Both the position numbers and the translations under genes were made by a program. The notes under the pieces were generated by a model, which was not told where the DNA came from, ran no database searches, and saw only the letters and a program-made list of their open reading frames with translations. Positions 41,101-50,312 of a DNA stretch of 64,000 bases are shown piece by piece. The DNA is from Longimicrobiales bacterium (GTDB taxonomy: Bacteria > Gemmatimonadota > Gemmatimonadetes > Longimicrobiales > Gaopeijiaceae): positions 2,176,001 to 2,240,000 of the forward strand of contig OZ241892.1 in the NCBI GenBank assembly GCA_965203485.1, written 5' to 3'. Positions within the stretch are counted from its first letter, which is position 1, and the number at the start of each line of letters is the position of its first letter.

Positions 41101-41633
41101 GACTGCTCGACAGGGCGGCATCGGCCCTCGACCGGACCACAAAGGAAAGGCTGATCCAAGACATGCCGGCCGAAACGACGGGTCGCGCCTTCCTCGCGGT
41201 CGTGGGCCAAGACGCCGAACTCTACGGCGTTCTGCTTGGCCGGCGCGACCTGTCCCGCATCCACCTGTTGCCGTTTCGCAACGGAGGCGTGCTGGACGGC
41301 GGGCCCGACCTCGCCTTGCGCGCGCCTGATGCCGGGCGACGTGGCCAACGCGCACGGCGGCTCGGCGGACGCGGGCCCAACTTCGCGTTGCGCGCGCTCG
41401 ATGCCGGTTATCGGACTAGCGCGATCGCCGATGAGATCGAACCCGACCTGAGCCCGATGCTCCTGACCTCCGCGAGCGCAGGCCCTTGGATCCTCAAGCG
41501 TCGGCGGAACGAGCTCCGGCGGGCGATGGAGGCGTGGATGGAACACTCCAGCCCAGACGTCCGCGACATTGCCGGGCAAGTGCTGGAGCGAGAATTCCGA
41601 TCGACGGTGGCAAAGACCGGTTCCCGCCCGTAG
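38193..41633 (+). CDS. Large protein with REase-like N-terminus, STAND-like P-loop domain and long helical C-terminus (Avs-like candidate)
   Basis: FEECAVDLL...GGPHDRGMDG N-domain; LLGRDDEL...LVGPPGIGKT; HKPGLAVTL; long Trp/Leu/Ala-rich helical tail; ATG 1 nt after the ATPase stop. Confidence 0.65.
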   Translation: MTRVKDPLYRKIEESLGGSLDPTVFEECAVDLLRSVYPGLVGVGGPHDRGMDGAISAPSGPATLLVCTTGRNVTGNLTKSLEAHSEGGGASRDVVVATSRFLTPQRRRNLAGRAEALGFQLKNVHDGKDFLDRLYRSPLWRKELLGLPGDPPALSAYPRPWVPEAKILLGRDDELRWLLAQEQDLVLVGPPGIGKTVLLQELAEKGRGLFVATSDEGRIVDAWREARPHFLLLPNVHLQPERLSALLSLRRELGMDFRIAGTAWRRLGEEPCVEWRPAPKEKAIGGLPREATVQVVWSVGIENNDIAAEILDQSEHDRDPDYIGQSEHKPGLAVTLALQVAKDGAEQPLRNGALVLRHVAASCKLDVPDLNVLGVAALGGRNGMTLANISKTLKKGEADVRDVLRRVSSAGILAVSRYRDGTVSVVPEALRDALIASTFFGGATSLPAEPALALVDDATSATAALVSALGRGLPVPHNIVRSRLPRDPRDRSHRDLWSEYAWVGGKDAVRWILSEADRRGRLAAIVARPALQFLPRRAVERLIPRLPDDEVHEPVRDWMTEWGANVVPRRGLILEEIERLSRKDGDPAALSLMPSAFSLELRSMHWSKLAPGRIDTRMGVLPLDEVVELFAWWPTALDVLKRAEHGVALARNVAQRWCAPHGWPAADAPDWRRFVRECAARMISDIVTLADERPGIVLWAHRTASEARLAVTLPPVDPEIGDLFSRPGALATPETKADAAGRPSDRQMTERRKAADLARANAHDGARELLRLAEEGRLADCSSEQQLQDLVEKVAQATERPAAWVEALAEQSAYPAWVASFVDVALARGGENQSTWNSLLASTKYDDVIVWAGIRHGDVPERVDERLVERLHEVEALPGGHDWKNMSEAWKLRLLRDGPENVATTAALAMWWTDDLPGASRRLLSAWVDVAARSDDERLLGEVFSSPSPIARRVACAWFLVPRPHSMMDGLLDRAASALDRTTKERLIQDMPAETTGRAFLAVVGQDAELYGVLLGRRDLSRIHLLPFRNGGVLDGGPDLALRAPDAGRRGQRARRLGGRGPNFALRALDAGYRTSAIADEIEPDLSPMLLTSASAGPWILKRRRNELRRAMEAWMEHSSPDVRDIAGQVLEREFRSTVAKTGSRP

Positions 41634-41720
41634 ATTGGTGGCCCGAGACGGCTCCAACGCCCGCCGTGCCGCCAGTTCGCCGGCGACGGTTGCAAACCCG
41701 GACACAAACTGAGGACGAAG

Positions 41721-44567
41721 ATGCGCACTCTCCCCTTGCGCTTCCAAGCGCTCGCCGCGGCCGTTCTGGCCGCAACCGTCGCGGCCCCCGCGGCCTCGGC
41801 CCAGGACGCCCCCAGAATGCCCCGCATCGAGTCCGTCGCCGACTACCTCGTCAACGACCCCGCGGTCGTCGAAGGCGCGCTGGAGAACGGCCTCCGCTAC
41901 TTCGTCCGCGAGAACGGACGCCCCGAGAACCGCGCGTTGCTGCGGCTCGTGGTCGACGCCGGCTCGATCCTCGAGGACGAGGACCAGCTCGGGCTCGCGC
42001 ACTTCGTGGAGCACATGGCGTTCAACGGCACGAAGAACTTCGAGAAGCAGGCCCTGGTGGACTATCTGGAGTCGATCGGCATGGCGTTCGGGCCCGACAT
42101 CAACGCCTACACGAGCTTCGACGAGACCGTCTACATGCTCGAGGTCCCGATGGACGATCCCGAAATGCTCGCCACGGCGTTTCGCATCCTGGAGGATTGG
42201 GCCGGCGCCGTGCTCTTCGAGCCCGAGGAGGTGGACAAGGAGCGAGGCGTCGTCACGGAGGAATGGCGGCTTGGGCGCGGGGCGGGCGCGCGCATGAGGG
42301 ACCAGCAGTTCCCCGTTCTCTTCGAGGGCTCGCTCTATGCGGACCGGTTGCCGATCGGCGACACCGACGTGCTCGCGACGGCGCCCGCCGAGACGTTGCG
42401 CCGCTACTACGAGACGTGGTACCGGCCCGACCTCATGGCCGTCGTTGCGGTGGGCGACTTCGACGCCGACGCCATCGTCGCCAAGATCGACCAGCACTTC
42501 GGCCACCTCGAGAATCCCGCAGGCGCGCCCCCGCGGCCCACCCACGCCGTGCCGACGAGCCATCCGCCCCGCGTCGCCATCGCAACCGACGAAGAAGCGC
42601 AGATGACCCGGGTCGGCGTGCTGTACAAGCAACTGCCGCAGCGCTACCAGCGCGTCGGCGACTTCAGGCGGAGCCTCGTGCAACAGCTTTACGCCGGAAT
42701 GCTGAACTCGCGCTTGGACGAGCTGACCCGGCAGGCCGAGCCGCCGTTCGTGATGGCGGTCTCGGCGCGCGGAGGGTTCGTTCGGGCCATGGACGCCTAC
42801 CAGCTGATGGCGATCGTGGAAGAGGACAAGCTCGAGCTCGGCATGGAGACGCTGCTGACCGAAGCCGAGCGGGTGGCGCGGCACGGGTTTGCCGCCAGCG
42901 AGCTCGAGCGGCAGAAGATCGAAGTGCTGCGCAGCTACGAACGCCGGTTCGCCGAACGCGAGAACCAGGAGTCCGGGTCCATAGCGGCGCGGCTCGTGAA
43001 CGCCTTCCTGGAGGACCGGGCGTATCCGGACATCGAGACGCGGGCCGGGCTCGCCCAGATGCTGGTGCCGGGCATCACGGTGGACGAGACGAACGCGCTG
43101 GTCTCCGAATGGATGACGGAGGACGGCCGCGTCGTGCTGGTGGACGCGCCCGAGAAGGAGGGCGTCGATCCTCCCGTCGCCGAGCGCTTGGTCTCGCTGT
43201 TCGACGTGGTCGCCGACAAGAGCATCGACCCATACGAGGACGCCGAGGTCGACGAGCCGCTGCTGCCGGTCGCGCCGGCGGGCTCGCGGATCGCGTCCGA
43301 GGAGACGTTCGACGAGGTGGGCATCACGCTCTGGACGCTCGAGAACGGCGTGCGCGTGCTCCTCAAGCCGACGGACTTCAAGGACGACGAGATCCGCTTC
43401 TCGGCCACGAGTCCGGGGGGATCGTCGCTGGCGGCGGACAACGCCTACTTCAGCGCCGAGATGGCGTCGGGGGTCGTATCCCAAGGAGGCGTCGGCGCGT
43501 TCGACGCGACCGCCCTGCAGAAGAAGCTGGCCGGCCAAGTCGTCAACGTGTCGCCGACGATCTCGTCGCTGGCCGAGGGCTTCGGCGGCAGCGCGTCGCC
43601 CAAGGACATCGAGACCGCCTTCCAGCTCGTCTACCTGTACTTCACGGCCCCGCGCAAGGACGAAGCGGCGTTCGCTTCGATGAAGACGCTGTTCTCGACG
43701 ATCCTTGCCAACGCCTCGTCCGATCCCGCGTCCGTGTTCAGCGACACCGTCGCCGTCACGATGTCCCAAGGCCATCCGCGCGCCACTCCGCCTCGAGTCG
43801 AGGACCTCGACAAGCTCGACCTCGACGTCGCGTTCGACTTCTTCGCCGACCGCTTCGCCGACGCCAGCGACTTCACCTTCTACTTCGTGGGCGCGCTGGA
43901 GCTGGACGCCATGAGGCCGCTGGTGGAGCAGTACCTGGGCGGGCTCCCGAGCGTGGGACGGGAAGAGGCATGGCGCGACCTGGGCATCGATCCGCCCAGC
44001 GGCGTCGTCGAGAAGGTCGTGCGCAAGGGCGTCGAACCGCAGAGCCGAACCAGGATCATCTTCGCGGGCGACGCCGAGTATTCGGTCGCGGAGAACATGG
44101 TCGTGAGCTCGATGGCCGACATCCTGGAGATTCGGTTGCGCGAGCTGTTGCGCGAGGACCTCGGCGGCACCTACGGCGTCGGCGTCTCGGGACGGATCAG
44201 CCGCCAGCCGGACGAGGAGTATACCGTGAGCATCAACTTCGGCTCCGCCCCGGACCGAGCGGCCGAGCTGGCCGACGTGGTGTTCGAGGAGATCGAACGC
44301 ATGAAGACGGACGGCCCGGACGCCGAGACGATCGCAAAGGTGCGCGAGACGCAACGCCGCAGGAAGGAATCGAACCTGCAGGAAAACAGCTACTGGCTGT
44401 CGCTGATCCGCCAGTACGACCGGGCCGGGCGCGACCTGCTGGACATCCCGAGCTACGACCTCATCGAGAGCTGGTCCGCCGAGCAGGTGCAGGCCGCCGC
44501 CGCCCGCTACCTGCGCATGGACCAGTACGCCAAGTTCGTCCTCCAACCCGAGGAGATCGTGCCGTAG
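41721..44567 (+). CDS. M16 (insulinase/PqqL-like) zinc protease
   Basis: Signal peptide; GLAHFVEHMAFNGT; NAYTSFDETVY; duplicated M16 halves. Confidence 0.93.
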   Translation: MRTLPLRFQALAAAVLAATVAAPAASAQDAPRMPRIESVADYLVNDPAVVEGALENGLRYFVRENGRPENRALLRLVVDAGSILEDEDQLGLAHFVEHMAFNGTKNFEKQALVDYLESIGMAFGPDINAYTSFDETVYMLEVPMDDPEMLATAFRILEDWAGAVLFEPEEVDKERGVVTEEWRLGRGAGARMRDQQFPVLFEGSLYADRLPIGDTDVLATAPAETLRRYYETWYRPDLMAVVAVGDFDADAIVAKIDQHFGHLENPAGAPPRPTHAVPTSHPPRVAIATDEEAQMTRVGVLYKQLPQRYQRVGDFRRSLVQQLYAGMLNSRLDELTRQAEPPFVMAVSARGGFVRAMDAYQLMAIVEEDKLELGMETLLTEAERVARHGFAASELERQKIEVLRSYERRFAERENQESGSIAARLVNAFLEDRAYPDIETRAGLAQMLVPGITVDETNALVSEWMTEDGRVVLVDAPEKEGVDPPVAERLVSLFDVVADKSIDPYEDAEVDEPLLPVAPAGSRIASEETFDEVGITLWTLENGVRVLLKPTDFKDDEIRFSATSPGGSSLAADNAYFSAEMASGVVSQGGVGAFDATALQKKLAGQVVNVSPTISSLAEGFGGSASPKDIETAFQLVYLYFTAPRKDEAAFASMKTLFSTILANASSDPASVFSDTVAVTMSQGHPRATPPRVEDLDKLDLDVAFDFFADRFADASDFTFYFVGALELDAMRPLVEQYLGGLPSVGREEAWRDLGIDPPSGVVEKVVRKGVEPQSRTRIIFAGDAEYSVAENMVVSSMADILEIRLRELLREDLGGTYGVGVSGRISRQPDEEYTVSINFGSAPDRAAELADVVFEEIERMKTDGPDAETIAKVRETQRRRKESNLQENSYWLSLIRQYDRAGRDLLDIPSYDLIESWSAEQVQAAAARYLRMDQYAKFVLQPEEIVP

Positions 44568-44580
44568 GGCCGGCGCGAAC

Positions 44581-47500
44581 ATGCAACCCCATATGACCAT
44601 CGTCGCGCGCCTTGCCGCGACCGTGCTCGGCGGCGGCGCCTTCGCAGCTCCGCTCGCCGGGCAGGCCGCGCCCCAGCTTGCCACCCGCCACCTCGACGCG
44701 CTTCGTCCGCGCAACATCGGTCCGGCGGTCATGAGCGGCCGGATCGTGGACCTGGCGGTCGTGGAGTCCGACCCCGTCAAGTTCTATGTGGCGTCGGCCA
44801 CCGGGGGCGTCTTCAAGACATCCGACAACGGCATCACCCTGACGCCCGTCTTCGAGCACGAGGGGACGCATTCGGTCGGGGCGATCGCAGTCCATCCCGT
44901 GGACACGGCGCTGGTCTGGGTCGGGACCGGCGAGCGCGCCAACCGGCAGAGTTCGTCCTGGGGCGACGGCGTTTACAAGAGCACGGACGGCGGCGCGTCC
45001 TGGACCCACATGGGACTGCGGGAGAGCCGCCACGTCGGCCGCATCGCCCTGCATCCCTCCGATCCCGGGACGGTCTACGTCGCGGCCATGGGACGCCTCT
45101 GGGGGCCGAACGAGGAACGCGGCCTCTACAAGAGCACGGACGGCGGCGCATCCTGGACCCGCGTCCTCCACGTGGACGAGGACACCGGCGCAGTGGACGT
45201 GGCGCTGGACCCGCAGGACCCCGAGACCGTGTACGCGGCCACCTACCAGCGCCGCCGCCGCCCATGGGGATTCCACGGCGGCGGACCCGGCAGCGCCTTG
45301 CACAAGAGCACGGACGGCGGCGCCACGTGGGACGAGCTGACGGGCGCGGGCGCGGACCGCGGGCTGCCGGAGGGCGACATCGGCCGCATCGGCATTTCCA
45401 TCTACCGGTCCGATCCGCGCATCGTCTACGCGAGCGTCGAACAGGGCTATCGCTACAACGCGTCCACCGCCTACGCCGAGCGGCGGGCGGGCGTCTACCG
45501 CTCCGAGGACCGGGGCGAATCCTGGGAGCACATGAGCGACTGGAATCCGCGTCCCATGTACGCCAGCCAGATCCTCGTCGATCCCAGCGACGACCAGCGC
45601 GTCTACATGGTCAACAGCTACTCCTTCTCGGACGACGGCGGCCGCACCTTCACGGCGCCGCCCCAAAGCCTGCACGGCGACGACCGCCTGGTGTGGGTCA
45701 ATCCGGCCGACTCGCGCCACGTCCTCAAGGCGGACGACGGCGGCCTGGGTATCTCCTACGACCGGGGCCTCAGCTGGCTGTACATCTCGGACCTGCCGGT
45801 CAGCCAGTACTACCGCGTCGCCGTGGACATGGCCGTCCCGTACAACGTCTACGGCGGCCTGCAGGACAACGGCTCGTGGATGGGGCCCAGCGAGACGTAC
45901 GCCGGCGCCGGCATCCTCAACGGCGACTGGACGCGGCTGGGCGGCGGCGACGGCTTCCTCAACCTGCCCGACACCACCAACAACGCCGTCGTCTACACCG
46001 AGTCGCAGTACCTGGGACTGTCGCGCCTCGACTTGCGCACCGGCGAGCGCACGTCGATACGGCCCGGCGACCCGCAGGGACACATCGCCGCCCGCCGCAA
46101 CTGGACGACCTGGAAGGACGTCGGCCCGCCCGAGGAGCAGCGCCTGGGCAACGCCATGGCCCCCGCCAACTGGGACGGCCCGTTCGTCATCTCCCCGCAC
46201 GACGCCGCCACGCTCTACGCCGGCACCAACGTCCTCTGGAAGACCACGGACCGCGGCGATTCCTGGACGCCGTTGGGCGACCTGACCAGCGGCGTGGACC
46301 GCCGCACGTTGCCGATCATGGGCCAAGCGCCCGGCGAGCTCGTCCCGTCGCTGGACGACGGCATCCCCTACTTCCCCACCATCTCCGCCGTCGCCGAGAG
46401 TCCGCTGGCCGAAGGTCTGCTCTACGCCGGAACGGACGACGGCCGGTTGCACGTCTCCCGCGACGGCGGCGCAACGTGGGCCGACTTGACGGGCAAGTCC
46501 CCGGGCCTGCCGGGGGACGCGTGGATGGCGGGCCTGGAGCCGTCGCGCCACCACGAAGGCCGCGTCTACGCCGTGTGGAACAACTACCGCAACGACGACG
46601 ACGCCAACTACCTGTACCGGTCCGACGACCACGGCCGGAACTGGACCTCAGTCGCTGGCGACCTGCCCCCCGAGCGCGTGCTGCGCACGGTGCGCGAAGA
46701 CCCGCGCAACCCCGACGTGCTCTACGTGGGCGCGGAGATCGGCCTGTTCTACACGATGGACGGAGGCCGCCGCTGGACCGAGCTGCGCGGCGGCATGCCC
46801 ACGCAAGCCTTCAACGATCTGGTCATCCATCCCCGCGACAACGACCTGGTCTTGGGAACGCACGGGCGCGGCGTCTGGATCCTGGACCAGATCAACGCGT
46901 TGCAGGAGCTGTCCGCCGAAGTCATGGCGCGGCCCGCGCACCTGTTCTCCGCCGAGCCGGCCGTTCAGGTGCGCCGGGCGGGCAGGGGCGTCCATGCCGG
47001 CGACGTGCACTTCCGCGGCCAGAACCCGCCCAACGGCGCCCTGCTGGACTATTGGCTCGCCCGGCCGGCGGAGGGAGTGGAGCTGGTCGTCGAATCGATC
47101 GACGGCGAGCCGGTGGCGACGCTGGACGGGACAGGGTTGCAGGGGATGAACCGAGTCGTGTGGAACCTGCGCCACGAAGTGGACGACGCGATGGCCGACG
47201 GGCCGGGCGGCGGCACGATCATCGTCGTGGCGCCGTCGCGAGGAGGACCGTCGGGGCCGCTGGTCGTGCCCGGCGCCTACGTCGTGCGCTTGAAGGCGGC
47301 CGGCACGGAATCGGTTCAGCAGATCGAAGTGCGCCCCGACCCGCGCAGCCAAGCCGGCCCCGCCGTGCGAGAGGCATGGACGGCGGCGCTGCTCGAGCTG
47401 GCCCTGGCGCGCGTCCAAGCGCAAGTCGGCTCGGCCTCCGCGGAAGCCGCGGAGCTGGAAGACTTGAAGCGCGAGTTCGACGAGCTGGCCAGCCGCATCG

Positions 47501-47628
47501 CCCGCCTCGCGAGCGCAATCGAAGGCGTCGTGGCACCCCCCACGCAAAGCCAGCAGTCGCGCCGCGCCTACTACGCCGAAATGCTGCAGACGCTCGAGGA
47601 CGAACTGGCCGAGGCCGTCCGCAACTAG
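44581..47628 (+). CDS. VPS10/BNR-repeat glycosyl hydrolase-like secreted protein
   Basis: RNIGPAVMSGRI, repeated YKSTDGGxSW Asp-boxes, YGGLQDNGSW, LGTHGRGVWILD. Confidence 0.88.
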   Translation: MQPHMTIVARLAATVLGGGAFAAPLAGQAAPQLATRHLDALRPRNIGPAVMSGRIVDLAVVESDPVKFYVASATGGVFKTSDNGITLTPVFEHEGTHSVGAIAVHPVDTALVWVGTGERANRQSSSWGDGVYKSTDGGASWTHMGLRESRHVGRIALHPSDPGTVYVAAMGRLWGPNEERGLYKSTDGGASWTRVLHVDEDTGAVDVALDPQDPETVYAATYQRRRRPWGFHGGGPGSALHKSTDGGATWDELTGAGADRGLPEGDIGRIGISIYRSDPRIVYASVEQGYRYNASTAYAERRAGVYRSEDRGESWEHMSDWNPRPMYASQILVDPSDDQRVYMVNSYSFSDDGGRTFTAPPQSLHGDDRLVWVNPADSRHVLKADDGGLGISYDRGLSWLYISDLPVSQYYRVAVDMAVPYNVYGGLQDNGSWMGPSETYAGAGILNGDWTRLGGGDGFLNLPDTTNNAVVYTESQYLGLSRLDLRTGERTSIRPGDPQGHIAARRNWTTWKDVGPPEEQRLGNAMAPANWDGPFVISPHDAATLYAGTNVLWKTTDRGDSWTPLGDLTSGVDRRTLPIMGQAPGELVPSLDDGIPYFPTISAVAESPLAEGLLYAGTDDGRLHVSRDGGATWADLTGKSPGLPGDAWMAGLEPSRHHEGRVYAVWNNYRNDDDANYLYRSDDHGRNWTSVAGDLPPERVLRTVREDPRNPDVLYVGAEIGLFYTMDGGRRWTELRGGMPTQAFNDLVIHPRDNDLVLGTHGRGVWILDQINALQELSAEVMARPAHLFSAEPAVQVRRAGRGVHAGDVHFRGQNPPNGALLDYWLARPAEGVELVVESIDGEPVATLDGTGLQGMNRVVWNLRHEVDDAMADGPGGGTIIVVAPSRGGPSGPLVVPGAYVVRLKAAGTESVQQIEVRPDPRSQAGPAVREAWTAALLELALARVQAQVGSASAEAAELEDLKREFDELASRIARLASAIEGVVAPPTQSQQSRRAYYAEMLQTLEDELAEAVRN

Positions 47629-47849
47629 ACCGAAGAGGCCGAGGCGGCGCGGGTCCGTCGCCGCGCAAGGCTGACTGGGCACGACCCACGAAATCGGCGC
47701 TCGGCGACATCTCCTCCGGCCTTCACGCCGGCGCCCCGGCCTGCGCGACTCGACCAACGAGCTCCTCGCTTCCGGCGGCAGGGACGCCGCCGGGGCGCGG
47801 CATCGGGTTGCCAGCGTCAACCGTCGGCCAACCAGTCGTCGCATTCTTT

Positions 47850-48003
47850 CGATTGGACGAGCATCCTTCTTGCGATTGGACGATTGTCATGCAATGTCAT
47901 GCATTCTTTCCATAAAGCATTGCAACCGACTAGTTTGGAGGAATCTTCCGATTGGTCGACGGCCTCTTGCGATCAGCCGTGCATATTTCTTACGATTAGC
48001 CGA
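47850..48003. repeat. Four copies of CGATT(G/A)GNCGA in a low-GC intergenic patch
   Basis: 47850-47860 and 47873-47883 CGATTGGACGA; 47949-47959 CGATTGGTCGA; 47993-48003 CGATTAGCCGA. Confidence 0.5.
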
Positions 48004-48124
48004 TGAACCAAGCCGGTCTCTACCCTCGTTGCGCCGCTCGGCCGTTGGCCGAGGCCCTGGCCCACGGAGCCTCACTAGCGCAACCTCGGGCCGACTGGAC
48101 TCGGCGGCCAGCGATGCCGTCCGC

Positions 48125-49081
48125 CTAGCGGCCCGCTCCACGGGCCTCCGCGCGTCGCAGGACTTCAGCCGCGATCGCCACGTCCTGGACGGCCACGCCG
48201 ACCGACTTGAAGAAGGTCAGTTCGTGCCCGGCCGCGCCTCGAGGGGCGGTCCCATTGACGATTTCGCCCAGGTCGGCGTCGATCACGTCTTCTGGAACGA
48301 TGCCTTGCCGGACCGGAACGATCAAGTCGCCCGCCTCGTCCATCGCGGCCGAGCGGTCTTCCACCACCACTCGGGCGCGCACCACGACCTCCGGGCCGAT
48401 CTCCTGGGCGTCCGGGGTGAAGCTGCCGCCGCCGCTCACATGGGTTTCGGCCGGCAGGGCCGTTCCGTCGAACACCGGCGTGCGCGAGGTGGTCACGGCC
48501 ACGACGACATCCGCGCCGTCGAGCGCCTCGGCCGGGGCTTCCAAGGCATTCGCCTCGACGCCTTCCAACGACGCGGCCAGCCGACGGGCCGATTCTCCCC
48601 CCCTCGACACGATGCGGACATCCTCGACGGGACGCACCGCCCGAATCGCTTCCACGTGGCGCACCGCCTGCGCCCCGGCGCCGAACACCGCCAAGACTCG
48701 GGACTCCGGCCGACTCAGCAGGCGGGCGGCCAAGCCCGCGGCCGCCGCCGTCCGAATCGCAGTCAGTTCCCCGGCGTCCAGCAACGCCTGGGGCGCACCT
48801 GTTTCGTCGTCCAGCATGAGGACGGCCCCGCTGATCGCCGGCAGGCCGCGCCCCCGGTTGCCCGGAAAGACCGACACGACCTTGACGCCGCGCTCCCCGG
48901 CTCCCCGCAACCGCGCGGGCATGAACAAGCTGACGCCCCCGCCCGACTCCAGCGCCACCCGCGAGGGCATCTCCGCCTGCCCTGCCGAGAGCTGTCCGAA
49001 GGCGCGTGCCATCGTCTCGATCGCGTCGGCCATGGGCATCAGCGAAGCGACGTCCGCTCCCGAGAGAACGCGCAACTGCAC
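48125..49081 (-). CDS. Ornithine cyclodeaminase/mu-crystallin family protein
   Basis: VKVVSVFPGN, LTAIRTAAA, FGAGAQA, EAGDL, FKSVGVAVQD. Confidence 0.92.
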   Translation of the reverse strand: MQLRVLSGADVASLMPMADAIETMARAFGQLSAGQAEMPSRVALESGGGVSLFMPARLRGAGERGVKVVSVFPGNRGRGLPAISGAVLMLDDETGAPQALLDAGELTAIRTAAAAGLAARLLSRPESRVLAVFGAGAQAVRHVEAIRAVRPVEDVRIVSRGGESARRLAASLEGVEANALEAPAEALDGADVVVAVTTSRTPVFDGTALPAETHVSGGGSFTPDAQEIGPEVVVRARVVVEDRSAAMDEAGDLIVPVRQGIVPEDVIDADLGEIVNGTAPRGAAGHELTFFKSVGVAVQDVAIAAEVLRRAEARGAGR

Positions 49082-49121
49082 TCGCTAGCGGCCCGCCTCC
49101 ACGCGGCCGGTGCGAAACACC

Positions 49122-50312
49122 CTAGCGAGCATATGAGAATCTCCAGATGTTGACGAACTCTTGTCCGTCTTCGCCGTGCGCGATCTCGGACACCATATTC
49201 TCTTCGATGAAATTCATCAGAACTCCGTCGTGCCACTGTGATGCAATCGTCGCGCACGCTTGCAAGTCCACCACGTCGACGCGGCTGTGGCGATACGAAG
49301 CCCATATGCCGTCCTTCGATTCAATCCGAACCCGGCCTCGAGAGTCTACGACCTCGACCATTCTCTCCCGCCAGTCAGGCCGACGGTACCAGAACACGAT
49401 CCACAAACGGCCGCTGGAATCGACCATCAAGTCGTGGATCTCGTTCCACGGGGGATTGTCCCAAGAATACGTGCCGGGCCGCCGAGGAATCGGACCGTCG
49501 TACAACGCGGGCCCGTCCAATCTTCCGATCCGCGCGCCGTCTTCCGACCAAGCCTCCACGATGTAGTCGTAGTAATGCGAGCTGAAGATGTTCCCCGAAG
49601 GGTCCGTCGTCAGCCGGCGCTGTGATGTGAAGGCGTCGAGGACATGGCCGCCGGGATCGTCTTCCTGGGGAGCGCCGAACGAGGTGACGATGCCTCCGTC
49701 GTCAACGACGTGGAGGGGAAAGCCGATCCGCTCCGCGGTACCGATCCAAGATTGAATCGCGTAACGACCGCCGTCGGCCAACGGCGTCATCGCGAAGACA
49801 GCAGTGGCAGGCAACCGCCGTTGCTCGGACAACATCTGGTCAGGCCCGATCACGGACACCCTTGCGTTTCGGTTGTCGAACACGTGAACTCGCCCACGGG
49901 CGTCCGTATGCATGGGCTGAGCAAAGTGGAACTCCATCGGCCCCTCGCCGGCTCTGCCGACCGTGGCCAAGTGCGCGCCCGCCGAGTCGAAGACCTTGAT
50001 CTCGGTTCGCTGGCCGGCCCAATAGTTGCCGTCGTGGTCGCGCACGATGTCGCCAAACGTGCCGCGGTCCACGAGAAACCCCTCGTCGTCGTCGGCCCCC
50101 AGCGTCGTCGCGAGTTCGAAATCGATGCACGACTCGCACGGCTCGAGGGCCGCGTCCGCGAGCCTGCACGCGCCGGAGTAGAACGAAACGGCATCGGGAG
50201 CATCCGGCGCGCACGCAAGGCCTAAGACCGGAAGCCATCTCCACGCGACGGCCGGCAACCACCTGCGCTTAGTCCCAGCCGCAGGAAATGCGGAAGCCGT
50301 TGGGCGCGTCAC
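49122..50312 (-). CDS. 6-bladed beta-propeller lipoprotein
   Basis: LGLAC lipobox; IKVFDSAG...VGRAGEGPMEF; GTG overlaps the permease stop. Confidence 0.75.
   Translation of the reverse strand: MTRPTASAFPAAGTKRRWLPAVAWRWLPVLGLACAPDAPDAVSFYSGACRLADAALEPCESCIDFELATTLGADDDEGFLVDRGTFGDIVRDHDGNYWAGQRTEIKVFDSAGAHLATVGRAGEGPMEFHFAQPMHTDARGRVHVFDNRNARVSVIGPDQMLSEQRRLPATAVFAMTPLADGGRYAIQSWIGTAERIGFPLHVVDDGGIVTSFGAPQEDDPGGHVLDAFTSQRRLTTDPSGNIFSSHYYDYIVEAWSEDGARIGRLDGPALYDGPIPRRPGTYSWDNPPWNEIHDLMVDSSGRLWIVFWYRRPDWRERMVEVVDSRGRVRIESKDGIWASYRHSRVDVVDLQACATIASQWHDGVLMNFIEENMVSEIAHGEDGQEFVNIWRFSYAR

Noticed and set aside
39975..44780. Very long antisense or alternate-frame ORFs (also 152-2341, 14999-18724, 18455-23092, 34736-38206)
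   Set aside because: Shadow ORFs expected at high GC; they overlap well-supported genes and have Arg/Gly/Pro-rich, motif-free translations.
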